A DNA stretch of 64,000 nucleotides from Candidatus Aminicenantes bacterium (lineage in GTDB: Bacteria > Acidobacteriota > Aminicenantia > Aminicenantales > JAFGBC01), in contig OY969696.1 in assembly GCA_963702005.1 (NCBI GenBank), positions 3,200,001-3,264,000 on the forward strand, given 5' to 3'. The first letter of the stretch is position 1. Each line of letters opens with the position of its first letter. The translations under genes and the position numbers were made by a program. Under the pieces are notes generated by a model. The model was not told the origin of the DNA. It was given only the letters and a program-made list of their open reading frames with translations, and did no database searches. Of the stretch, positions 20,145 through 29,451 are shown piece by piece.

Positions 20145-22080
20145 GCTCCAGCTTCCTGGGAAACCGGTCCCAGTAGTGGCCGAAGTAGCGCATCCGGTAG
20201 GTCCCTAACGGCTGGTCCTCGGGAATAAGCCATTCGATCGTGATTATGGAAGCCCCCCCGGCGTTTTTCCAGCGGAACCATGTGCCGGAATCGGCGTCTA
20301 TCGCCATGGTCGACCAGGAGCCTCCCTCCTTGCGATCGACGGCGAGGTAGGTTCCTTCCGTCCTCAAGTCGTTGTTGGGATAGCCTCCCAGGAAATCCAC
20401 TGAGACTCTGTCGCCCCGTTTGTATTGCTTTTTAGCGTCGTGCATGAGATCGCCGAACGTCCAGCCCGGGATCCTCGAGTCCGGAGTCCGGCGCAGATTG
20501 AGGATCTTGAGCTGGTCCCTGCGGATCGGGAGAGGCGCCGAACCCGGATCGACCGGCCGGCCTTCCTTTAAAGCTTCGGCCAACCGGGCGTACTCCTGGA
20601 GGTAGGCTTCGAGCGTCCAAGGCCCGAACAGGGTCGAAGCCCCCTCGTAGTGCTGCTTGGCGTACTCCTCCCGCGTCGTCGTGTAGCTGCTGTAGGCGTT
20701 GGCGTAGGTTGCGACGACCACGGGAAGCTCCGCTCCTGCGCCGAACACCCTGCGGATCTTGACCTTCAGCCTCCATCCCGCCATGGCCGTCATTTCGCCC
20801 GGATGGGCGACCAGGACGAGTCCGCCGATCTTGATGATCTGGAGGGGAAGGATGGAAGGCGCCAGGGGGACTCCCTTGAAGCGGGCCAGCCCCATGTGAA
20901 GGAGAATGGGCTTCTCGGCATGGCCCTCGACGTAGCCGGGCGGCAGCGCATTCTGGTCCGGCCAATCCACGCCCAGGATCAGGGGAAAAGCCAGTTCCAT
21001 GATTTCGTTGATGAGCGCGGCGTTGCCCACAAAATTCGCCCGGGTCGTCCCTTCCCCCCAGGCCTGGATGTTGAGACCTTTGGAATCCTGCTGGCTGCCG
21101 TTGACCATTCCGTAGCCCAGGGCGGCCGGCCAGGTCCTATTGGCCGTCCCGGGGACGGGGCGGTCGCTCATGTCCCTAAAAGCGTGAAGGGATTGGATAG
21201 GTCCGTCCAGCTCGACCGCCACTGATCCGAATAATTCCTCGGCTTTCCGGAATTGTTTCCGGCCCGCCTCCAAAGCCCTGTCGAGGTCGTGGATGCCGTC
21301 GGGAAATCCCGTGAGGTTCGGGGAATTGTCCCCGCAGCAGGAGTTGGCGAAGGCGGCGACGACGCCCGGATGCTTTTTTTCAAAAAATTCTTCGGCGTAG
21401 CCCTTGTTGTCGCCCGAAACAAGATGGTTCGTCTCGCCCAGGTTGGTGGGATGGCAGGCGAACCAGTTGATCGAGCCCAGCGGAGCGCCCGTCTCCCCGA
21501 CGAACTTGAGGAGGACCATCTCGGGATCGATATCGTAGACGCAGGCCCGCCTCTCCTCCTCGGGATTGTTTAAATACGCGGACAGTGAACGGTTGAACGT
21601 GCAATCCAGGAGGTTCCCCCTGGCCAGGAAAACCTTCCCGGGGGCCAAGGACAGATGAGCCTGGAAGATCGATCGGACGATTCCGTCCACGATGGCGTTG
21701 AAATTCATATCGTTGAAGCCGCGGATGGACGCGTTGTAGACGAAATAATGGGAGTAGCCGCCCGGCCCGCTGTGGGTGTGGGTGGCGGCGATCAATAGGT
21801 TCTCCTCGGTGTAGAGCGCCTTCCCGCCGCTCTGGAGAGACGCCTCGGTCTTGAGACGCTCGACCACCGCCGTCTTGACGGCCAGAGAACACATGCCCAG
21901 ATCCGCCGAGACGAGGGCGATCCGATTTCCCCTGTTCGCGTCCTCGATGATGAATGTCCGGGCGTAGAGCCGGCTCTGGAGACCCTCCCCTTTTTGGAAG
22001 AGGTTCGACATGCCCATGAACCCGAGCTCGGCGCTCGGCCCGGTGATGTCGGCTTTCCCGACGCCTATCCTGAAACCCAT
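20107..22080 (-). CDS. Neutral/alkaline ceramidase
   Basis: GVGKADITG, RLYAR, ATHTHSGPG, WFACHPT, SGDNKGYA, YANAYSSYTTTREEY-QHYEGASTLFGP motifs. Confidence 0.92.
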   Translation of the reverse strand: MGFRIGVGKADITGPSAELGFMGMSNLFQKGEGLQSRLYARTFIIEDANRGNRIALVSADLGMCSLAVKTAVVERLKTEASLQSGGKALYTEENLLIAATHTHSGPGGYSHYFVYNASIRGFNDMNFNAIVDGIVRSIFQAHLSLAPGKVFLARGNLLDCTFNRSLSAYLNNPEEERRACVYDIDPEMVLLKFVGETGAPLGSINWFACHPTNLGETNHLVSGDNKGYAEEFFEKKHPGVVAAFANSCCGDNSPNLTGFPDGIHDLDRALEAGRKQFRKAEELFGSVAVELDGPIQSLHAFRDMSDRPVPGTANRTWPAALGYGMVNGSQQDSKGLNIQAWGEGTTRANFVGNAALINEIMELAFPLILGVDWPDQNALPPGYVEGHAEKPILLHMGLARFKGVPLAPSILPLQIIKIGGLVLVAHPGEMTAMAGWRLKVKIRRVFGAGAELPVVVATYANAYSSYTTTREEYAKQHYEGASTLFGPWTLEAYLQEYARLAEALKEGRPVDPGSAPLPIRRDQLKILNLRRTPDSRIPGWTFGDLMHDAKKQYKRGDRVSVDFLGGYPNNDLRTEGTYLAVDRKEGGSWSTMAIDADSGTWFRWKNAGGASIITIEWLIPEDQPLGTYRMRYFGHYWDRFPRKLEPIEATSREFRIV

Positions 22081-22347
22081 TCGTCCCCCCTTTCTTAAGC
22101 CTGGATGTAGGTTTTTCCGGTCGTCCCCTTCAACCCGTTAAGGATCTCGTTCATATCCTGATCGTCCCAGACCGGCTCCCTTTTCTGAAAGCGGAAAGGG
22201 AAGTCATGGCGAAAGGCTGAATTCAGTTTGAGCAGCGGCCGTTGTAGCCAAGAGCGAAAAAGCCAGGACCATCGCAAAAAATTGGACTGACTCGTTTCTC
22301 GTTATTTACCTCCTGAGGCCATTTGAGCCTATTTTCCCGATTTTTTT

Positions 22348-22553
22348 TAGGAAATTGCTTTTTCCTGGGCATGCTGAAAAGCCGTTCCCCGCGCTGAACC
22401 TCCCCTCCTGATCACGATCGAATTATATTTCCAGCCGCGCGGGGATGTCAAGATAGGCCAAAAGCGACACGAACGTCGGCTTGAGGTGACGGATGATCCT
22501 GTCCGCCGCGGCATAATCCGTGATTGAGGACAGACCATCGGGTCGACTTCGTA
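22348..22553 (-). pseudogene. Remnant of an IS91-like (Y2) transposase C-terminus and probable element end
   Basis: YEVDPMVCPQ in one frame, then ITDYAAADRIIRHLKPTFV in another; resembles the YEVDPLxCPxCG...MK-IAFITD...I-RIL-HL pattern with the middle deleted. Confidence 0.6.
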
Positions 22554-22558
22554 AGAGT

Positions 22559-23848
22559 TTATTGAAGATGCAGGCGCCCAAGGGTTGACATCGTCTTGAA
22601 CAGGTTCTGACACAATATCTCCGTCGACGTAAGGCCGCTCGCCTGCGCAGGGGGAAGGGCATAGAGATCGTAGGTATCGGGAGGCACGGGCAAACGGTAA
22701 TGACCCTTAGCATCCGATATAGTAATTAGCCAAACCCAATCGCCCGGCTTGTTGCTGGCAGCCGCACCTATCTTGCTGAAACCGATGGTACCCGATTTGA
22801 CGATCTTCTTCCTCGCATCAGTGACTTTGCCCGAAAGCACCACGCCGTTCTGCGCCACCAGGTTGAACATTTTATCAGAGGCGGGCATCACCAGATCGAA
22901 AGACGTCTTGGTGGCCTTTCCCTTATATCCAGGATTCATTCCTGATAAATAGGGCAAAAAGACGAGTGTAAAACTTCCCTTGAGAAGATAGCCTGAATAC
23001 GTCCCATTCATGACGATAAACTGCATGATGAACATGCCTTTGACATAGGGATTACTTTTCTGGAAGACACCCAAGACGCCGCTCAATCCAATATTTCCCG
23101 AATCTTTAACGGTCCCCCAGATCTTGTAACCTTTTGGCGCTTTGATGTTCTCGACTGTATCCTTGGAAATCGTGACTCCGTCTGTTTTGAAAGTCATGGG
23201 GATGGGTTGCATCGTGCTGCTATAACCCAAAAGCGGCATGAGGATGAGCTTGTAGCTTCCGGCGGGGACCGCCATCGCATATTTCGTCGAGTCGAGGCCC
23301 GATCCGAACTGGGCGGCAAAGATCGTCGAATTCGCGTTGCCTGAAGGGAATGCCATCAACGTGCCCGTGAACATGCGGATCGTCCCGGACGGCGGGTAGA
23401 CCTTTCCGCTCATGAGATAGCCATTCTTGAGTTTGATCTCCCCCATATTCGTGTCGTTAACGATAGAGACGTCCTTGACCGTTGAAGGCACGAGCCGAGA
23501 AAATGTGGTCGGGTCGATGGATGTGCTCAGTGGCGGCGTGATGTGAACAGAGTAGCTTCCCGCCTGGAGGGGTAAAGAAAACTTGCCCGTGGCATCCGTC
23601 GTGGTTTCCCATACGTCTCCGATGTTGGGATTAGGAACTTGTGCAAAGGCATTTTTGAGCGGAACGCCCAGGGCATCTTTTACGATTCCGGAAAGAAAAT
23701 ATCCGTCCGGAAGCGTGATGTTCAATGCCTTGTCACTGATGATCTTGACTTTCAGCTTGTGGAATTCGGTCGTTCGTGATTGAGCCGCGATCCCGAGTTG
23801 CGCGATAAGAAACGTCAGAATGAGCGCACCATAAATGGCCTTTTTCAT
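22559..23848 (-). CDS. Secreted protein with repeated carboxypeptidase-regulatory-like (Cna-B/transthyretin-like) domains
   Basis: Signal peptide; repeated SG-VxD...G-P...TDAxGxY/F units; lower GC than the flanks. Confidence 0.7.
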   Translation of the reverse strand: MKKAIYGALILTFLIAQLGIAAQSRTTEFHKLKVKIISDKALNITLPDGYFLSGIVKDALGVPLKNAFAQVPNPNIGDVWETTTDATGKFSLPLQAGSYSVHITPPLSTSIDPTTFSRLVPSTVKDVSIVNDTNMGEIKLKNGYLMSGKVYPPSGTIRMFTGTLMAFPSGNANSTIFAAQFGSGLDSTKYAMAVPAGSYKLILMPLLGYSSTMQPIPMTFKTDGVTISKDTVENIKAPKGYKIWGTVKDSGNIGLSGVLGVFQKSNPYVKGMFIMQFIVMNGTYSGYLLKGSFTLVFLPYLSGMNPGYKGKATKTSFDLVMPASDKMFNLVAQNGVVLSGKVTDARKKIVKSGTIGFSKIGAAASNKPGDWVWLITISDAKGHYRLPVPPDTYDLYALPPAQASGLTSTEILCQNLFKTMSTLGRLHLQ

Positions 23849-24174
23849 TTTTTCCTCCTTAATTATTCCACGCGGCGACCTTATCCCCGCCTCTCGCCTG
23901 ACAACATCACATGATATGACCAGGAATTTCGTTTTGGCCGCTGCAATAATCTTCTTTCTTTCAATCTTGGATAGAAAAAGCTAACTCTCGTATAAAAAAT
24001 AGCACTCTGCATCTGAGGCTGTCAACATAATGCATATCACTCAGGGCAGATCCCTGCCAATATTATAAGAAATCAAAACATTAGGAACGCCTGCAGCGAT
24101 GTATTCGCTGCGCGCTTCGACCATCTGGCGTCAACGCTCGTTGACCATGCCTAAAAGAGGGATTCGGGGAAAAA

Positions 24175-25212
24175 CTACATCGCTCTCCTGTAAACGACGA
24201 GGCACTTTTTGTTTTCTAGGGCGACCCACTTGAAAACGGTGTTTCCTTTTTCCTGGAATACGACGATGTCCAACGGAGAGGGGAACTTTATCCCATCGCT
24301 GAAAGCAATATTCTCGTAGCTGAAAAGGGCGTACTTCTTGCCGTCGGCGCTGGGATAGAAGGAACAAGGATTGATCCAACTGGTTTTAAAAAAGGGCGTC
24401 CCGTTTATATAAAGCTGTCCGCCGACCTCATAATAGAGGTCGTTGCCGTTGGCCGGGTACCAAAACGAACCCGAGTCAAAGTCTTTGTTGAAAGGGCCGA
24501 ACTTCTTTCCATCGATGGTATAAAGAAACGTGGTGTTATCGTTCTCGTTCAACTTTTCGGGAGGTATCGAAGCCGCATTTTCCATTTCGCCCATAGTGAG
24601 AGTTCCCGTGCACACCACGGCGGCGTTCTTGCCGTTGGGGCTGAACTTGAAATCCACGGGGATGCCCCCGAACGAGGTTTTACGACCGTCGCTGTCAGCG
24701 AACCACGCCCGGTCCTTGTCGCTCGCCGTGTAATAGGCCCGAGCTCCGTCCGGGGTGACCCGGCTCGAGAAAATGATGAGATGGGGCCCGAACGTCTTCC
24801 CGCTGAACTGAAGTATCTGTCCTCCTTTACCGTCGGAATCGGTCGAGACAACCATGTCTTCCGGAGCCGGCTCCGGCTTATACTCGGCACAATCGCGATT
24901 CCTTTCACAGGTTTCTTTCTTGCCCTCATAGGCCGCCTTCATGGCGTCCTCCAGCTTGGCGAACGGCCCTTGCTTCTTGCCGTCCCTGAAAACAAAGAAC
25001 GGCCCGTTCTCCCCTTTGCGGATGACCAGGACCACGTCCTCGCTATCGGCACAAACGGCGATCTTACTTTCGGCCAGCATGATCTCTTCCCCCGGCTCGA
25101 GGCAATAGGCAACGCTCCGTCCGACGGGCGGTTGCTGGGCGGACGACACGGCCGCAAGAACGATCAGTCCGGCGAAGAAAACCATGGCCGACGCGGTCAG
25201 TTTTCGATTCAT
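24175..25212 (-). CDS. Secreted hypothetical protein, probable beta-propeller
   Basis: AAGGAGG RBS before ATG 25212; signal peptide; repeated DGKK-GPF and SPDG/SADG-type motifs. Confidence 0.65.
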   Translation of the reverse strand: MNRKLTASAMVFFAGLIVLAAVSSAQQPPVGRSVAYCLEPGEEIMLAESKIAVCADSEDVVLVIRKGENGPFFVFRDGKKQGPFAKLEDAMKAAYEGKKETCERNRDCAEYKPEPAPEDMVVSTDSDGKGGQILQFSGKTFGPHLIIFSSRVTPDGARAYYTASDKDRAWFADSDGRKTSFGGIPVDFKFSPNGKNAAVVCTGTLTMGEMENAASIPPEKLNENDNTTFLYTIDGKKFGPFNKDFDSGSFWYPANGNDLYYEVGGQLYINGTPFFKTSWINPCSFYPSADGKKYALFSYENIAFSDGIKFPSPLDIVVFQEKGNTVFKWVALENKKCLVVYRRAM

Positions 25213-25228
25213 AATTTCCTCCTTGGAT

Positions 25229-25981
25229 TTATTTGGCGGCGGGAACAAGGTGACTTCTGAAATAATACGCCGCCACGTCCCCGTAATTATAACGAGTCCC
25301 GGCAAAGAGCAACTGGATGTGAAACCTCCTAACCTCCATCATTTTCCGGAGAAACTTTTCACCCTGGGCAAAACCGGCGTTGTAGGCGGTGGCATAGAAA
25401 CGCAGTTTCTCAAGATCCGTGGCGAAGTCAAGCTTCACGTACAACTTGTCCATCACCATCATAAAAAGCCGGAGATAACTCACTTGCCAGCGCAGATCAT
25501 CGAGCCTGAGCACGCGCTCGTTGCGCAGTTTTGGAGTCACCCCGGATTCAAAGGCCGCGATCCCCGCGACCGACTTCTCGTCCTCGGAAAAGAGCAGGTT
25601 GTACTCTCGCTCGACCTGCTCTGCGAATGTCGGCTTCATCTGGAAATGCCCGACTGAGAAGTTTGCGTATTGCTGCCCATACTGGACATATAGAACTTTG
25701 AGTGCTCGCACCTGGATCTCGTCCTCCAGGGCCCGGAAACGGATGATCTCTGGAAACACCACGGCCAGGGCGATCCGGGTCTCTAATAGAGGAAGCCGAA
25801 GCGAGTCAGCGATCCAGGAGTTCCGTCGCAGGAACTGCTCGGCATCCGAGTACTTCGCGCCGAAGATTGAAGCATAGTCTTCTCCCGCAGAAAAAGATGA
25901 TAGAACCAGGACAAGGAGAGGGATTCCGGCGAGTCTCCAGGCCCGCCCCGCCGGGCGGCCTCCAGCTGATAGATTGTCCAT
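25229..25981 (-). CDS. Exported hypothetical protein with lysozyme/SLT-like motifs
   Basis: VVFPE, SVGHFQMKP and ATAYNAG motifs. Confidence 0.55.
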   Translation of the reverse strand: MDNLSAGGRPAGRAWRLAGIPLLVLVLSSFSAGEDYASIFGAKYSDAEQFLRRNSWIADSLRLPLLETRIALAVVFPEIIRFRALEDEIQVRALKVLYVQYGQQYANFSVGHFQMKPTFAEQVEREYNLLFSEDEKSVAGIAAFESGVTPKLRNERVLRLDDLRWQVSYLRLFMMVMDKLYVKLDFATDLEKLRFYATAYNAGFAQGEKFLRKMMEVRRFHIQLLFAGTRYNYGDVAAYYFRSHLVPAAK

Positions 25982-26255
25982 CAGTTTTCCTGATCTTGTG
26001 GCCAGTCCTTGAGAATCAACGCTTCACATCGCCATACGACTCTAAAGCATCGGGCCGAACGATGTCAATGAACTTATTCACTGCATTAGTGCCGACTTGA
26101 GCGTAGATTCCTTTAGCCAAAGCTGATAGTGCTCATTGGGCGCTGATCATAAAGGGTGCTGCCCAGGCTGATCGACAAGTCACGTACCTTTCAGCACGGC
26201 CAGCCGCTTCCTGGCATGCTTAAGCTCGGGATGACAGGGTCGGCATCTTTATTGC

Positions 26256-26309
26256 TCACTTCTCCAATCCGATCTTCTTCAAGATCATCTCAAACCTTGG
26301 GTCGTCCCG
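26256..26309 (-). pseudogene. 3'-end remnant of a kinase-TPR-type gene
   Basis: Translates RDDPRFEMILKKIGLEK*, matching the C-terminus of the kinase at 56911-59067 (RSHPRFQALLAKLG*). Confidence 0.55.
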
Positions 26310-26381
26310 GCCGCGCAAAGACGATAGACTCCCGCTCCCAGTGATCACGAAATAATATTCCAAGTCACGCCCCAGGCGTCG

Positions 26382-27590
26382 TCATCCCAGTCGGCGTTTG
26401 AGAAGCGAGAAAGACGCGGCCAGGAGGAGTCCGGCCGTGCCGCAGCCGAACCAGAGGGCGCTCCCTCCGAAGCGGCCATAGACGGCGGTCCCGAGCACGG
26501 GCCCGATGATGAAGGCCAACGAGAAAGCGAAGCTGAAGAGCCCCAGATATCGCCCCCGGCTTTCCGGACCGGCGCGGCCGCTGATGAGCGACGTGAACAG
26601 CGGCATGCTCAGCATTTCGCCGAACGTCCAGACGGCCACCGTCATAGCCGCATAAACGAAACCTCGTCCGAGAGGAATCAGGCCGAAGCCAAAGCCCAAC
26701 AGCAGGAAGGAGATGTTGATCATCCGGGTCAAGGGATATTTCCGGATGGACTCCATCAAGGCCATTTCGAGAAGGACGATCATGACGGTGTTCACCGCCA
26801 AGAGCCGCCCGATCGCATCTTCGGCCAGGCCGTAGACGCTTCGCATATAAAGGGGGAAGGTTGACAGGAGCTGGATGAAAATAACCCCAAAGCCGATGGT
26901 GACGAGCATAAGGCCGAGGAAGGGTCCGTCTCGCCAGGGCGAACGGCCGCAGCCGACAGCTCGGACCTCTTTCTTTTCGGCGATCCGGAGACCGCTCTCG
27001 GCCTTCGGCCAGATCAGGACGAACAAGCCTGCCGCGGCCAGACAGGTCAGCCCGTCGACCCAGAACAGGAGCCGGTAGTCCCGCAGGGCGAGTAGACCTC
27101 CCACGGCGGGACCGATTGTCACGCCTAAATTATTGGCGAGACGGTTGAGGGCGAATCCTTTGACCTGGAGTTCCGGCGGACAGACGCGGGACATGGACGT
27201 GGCGTTGGCCGGATATAGGCAACCGGCGAAGAGGCCGAAGACTAAAAGGGCCGGGAGGACTAATGCCGATGACCGGATCTGGCCGATTGCGATCAGCAAT
27301 AATCCGGACGAGGCCAGGCTGAGCTTCTGGACCGAAGTCGAGCCGATCCGATCCGACAGCCACCCTCCCAGATAGGCTCCCCCTAGAGACCCAACGCCAT
27401 AGAGGCTCAGCGCCCGCCCCGCCTTAGCCGCGGAGAAACCGAGCTTTCGCGTAAAGTAGAGGCTCAGGAAAAAGATGACCATGGCCCCCGCGGCGTTCAC
27501 GAGGTTGACGGCGAACAGAATCCAGGCTTCACGCGGGAGCCCGGTGTAGGCCCTGCGGTAGGTGGCGATGAGGTTCTTGAGCGGATTCAT
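26382..27590 (-). CDS. MFS transporter
   Basis: About 12 TM helices; GGWLSDRIG motif A. Confidence 0.92.
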   Translation of the reverse strand: MNPLKNLIATYRRAYTGLPREAWILFAVNLVNAAGAMVIFFLSLYFTRKLGFSAAKAGRALSLYGVGSLGGAYLGGWLSDRIGSTSVQKLSLASSGLLLIAIGQIRSSALVLPALLVFGLFAGCLYPANATSMSRVCPPELQVKGFALNRLANNLGVTIGPAVGGLLALRDYRLLFWVDGLTCLAAAGLFVLIWPKAESGLRIAEKKEVRAVGCGRSPWRDGPFLGLMLVTIGFGVIFIQLLSTFPLYMRSVYGLAEDAIGRLLAVNTVMIVLLEMALMESIRKYPLTRMINISFLLLGFGFGLIPLGRGFVYAAMTVAVWTFGEMLSMPLFTSLISGRAGPESRGRYLGLFSFAFSLAFIIGPVLGTAVYGRFGGSALWFGCGTAGLLLAASFSLLKRRLG

Positions 27591-27631
27591 GCGATACTTC
27601 GGCCCATTGTATCAAAACTGCATCCGGAGAG

Positions 27632-27821
27632 GTCAAATCATCGACTCCCCGGCCTGAAGGCCGGGGCTTGTTCATGATTAACCCTGAGCCTCGCTCTCAT
27701 CCCCGCCTTGAAAGGCGGGGCTTGGCATCGGCGAACGGGTCAACCCCTCGACACCCATACTAAGCCGTTTCCGGCTTAGTATGAGTACTGCAAGGCTGGG
27801 TAGCGTCGGCGAACGGGTCAA
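27632..27821. mobile_element. GTCAA-bounded hairpin mini-elements, two tandem units (27632-27743 and 27739-27821)
   Basis: Unit A has CCCCGGCCTGAAGGCCGGGGCTTG and CCCCGCCTTGAAAGGCGGGGCTTG hairpins (IS200/IS605-end-like); unit B is 82/83 identical to 51319-51401; the units share the central GTCAA. Confidence 0.8.
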
Positions 27822-28528
27822 GCGCCGCGGGAGGAACCGGGCGCCTTTCGTCCGGCCTTCTTGAAGGTCAGCGAGATGCCGCTCGAGCTCGAACGGTCGA
27901 TCCGCGTCTCGGCGTCGGGCAGTCGCCCGGCAGCGCCCAGGAATTCCCGGATGCCGTGCATGAACTCGAGGTTGAGGACGTTGTGGGCGGCGAAACAGCC
28001 GCCGGGCGCGACTTTGGGCCAAAGCAGTTCGAGATACCTCTTGTACCACTCCTTATCGGCGTCGACGAAGATAAAGTCGAACGGCCCGGCCAGCCGGGGC
28101 ACGATCTCATGGGCGTCTCCGAGCTGCGCGTCGATCAGGCCGTCGAGGCCGGCCTTTTTGAAATTGGCCACGGCCGTTCCGTGACGGCCTTCGTCGATCT
28201 CGATGGTCGTGAGCCGTCCCCCCGTCTTGCTCAGGGCCCAGGCGATCCAAGTCCCGGAACGCCCCGTCGAGGTTCCGACCTCGAGCGCCCTGGTATAGCC
28301 GCGTTCGACGATGAGGTCGAAAAGAGCCTTGCCATCCTCTTCGCGGATGTTCTCATCGTGCCAGCTTCGCCGCTGCGAATCGAGAAACGCCCGGACCTTC
28401 TCGTCCAAGCTCGGCCCGGACTGGATCGCCCCGGCCGGACGGATCATCCCCGTCAATCCCCATCCGAAAAGAACGGCCAACGAACCCGATAGGATTCTCC
28501 ATCTAAGGGCGCCGCGCGTAAACGTCAT
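27818..28528 (-). CDS. Class I SAM-dependent O-methyltransferase with an N-terminal signal-like segment
   Basis: LEVGTSTG, TIEID and FDFIFVDADK motifs. Confidence 0.88.
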   Translation of the reverse strand: MTFTRGALRWRILSGSLAVLFGWGLTGMIRPAGAIQSGPSLDEKVRAFLDSQRRSWHDENIREEDGKALFDLIVERGYTRALEVGTSTGRSGTWIAWALSKTGGRLTTIEIDEGRHGTAVANFKKAGLDGLIDAQLGDAHEIVPRLAGPFDFIFVDADKEWYKRYLELLWPKVAPGGCFAAHNVLNLEFMHGIREFLGAAGRLPDAETRIDRSSSSGISLTFKKAGRKAPGSSRGA

Positions 28529-28548
28529 GTCCCTTCCTCGCTTTCCGC

Positions 28549-29451
28549 TCAGAATTGAAACCCAAGAATGGAATCGGGGTCGACCCTGGCATCGCAGATT
28601 TTAACCCCCCAATGGAGATGGGGTCCCGTCGAGCGCCCCGTCGAGCCGACCCGCCCGATCGGGTCGCCCTTCCGGACGGCGTCGCCGCGCTTGACGAGGA
28701 GCCGGCTGAAATGGCAGTAGAAGGTGAACACGCCCAGGCCGTGATCGATGACGACCGTGTTCCCGGCCAGGTAGAGCTCGCCGGAGTAAACGACCGTCCC
28801 GGCGTTCGCGGCCCGAACAATCTCGTTCGGCCCGGCCTCGACGTCGACGCCGGAATGCAGGGATCGGGGCACGCCGTTGTAGATCCGCAGCTCGCCGAAA
28901 TTGGGCAGCGCCTTCCCCGGATGAGGAGGCTCAAACGCGCCTTCTCCCAGCCAGGCGGGCGTCCTGATCCCGTAAAGCTGAGTCAGGAGCTCGGCTTCGC
29001 GACGGATCCGCTCTTCGGCTTCGGGCGGATAGAAGACGTACTCGTCCTTGACCGTGAGCTTTTTCCTGGCGAACCGCTTGGGCAGGATTTCGACCGCCCG
29101 CTTCAGGGAGAGCGGGCCGCGGTCGTCCGTCCGATCCTCGACCTCCAATTCGTAGCGGCCGGGCTTGAGCGCGGCATCGAGCCCGATGAAGGCCAAGCCG
29201 GTCGCGGGATTCCCCTGGACATCGATGGGATAATCCCGTCCCAGAAAGCGGACGGTCGTTTTCAGCCCGGGGGGATTGTCGGCAAGCCGGACTAGGATCG
29301 CTTCGCCCGGCTGCCAGGAGCGGAGCGTCAGTTCGAGATTCGCCCCGGACGGGGTCTGGATAACCGTCGTCTCAGAGCCGGCAAGAACGAACGGCCCGCC
29401 GAGCATTGCGCCAAAGATGAGTCCGGAGACGAAGCAACGCCCTATCCTCAA
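28549..29451 (-). CDS. M23 family metallopeptidase
   Basis: HSGVD, IDHG and STGPHLHW motifs. Confidence 0.92.
   Translation of the reverse strand: MRIGRCFVSGLIFGAMLGGPFVLAGSETTVIQTPSGANLELTLRSWQPGEAILVRLADNPPGLKTTVRFLGRDYPIDVQGNPATGLAFIGLDAALKPGRYELEVEDRTDDRGPLSLKRAVEILPKRFARKKLTVKDEYVFYPPEAEERIRREAELLTQLYGIRTPAWLGEGAFEPPHPGKALPNFGELRIYNGVPRSLHSGVDVEAGPNEIVRAANAGTVVYSGELYLAGNTVVIDHGLGVFTFYCHFSRLLVKRGDAVRKGDPIGRVGSTGRSTGPHLHWGVKICDARVDPDSILGFQF

Noticed and set aside
24089-24110. GCAGCGA/TCGCTGC hairpin
   Set aside because: Short stem, no U-tract and not repeated in the window
26120-26150. TGCTCATTGGGCGC, similar to 17925-17939 of the mini-element
   Set aside because: Too short and lacks the GTCAA ends, so it cannot be called a copy
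27632-27821. Possible CRISPR mini-array
   Set aside because: Only two units; the interiors are palindromic and recur elsewhere instead of being unique spacers; no cas genes in the window
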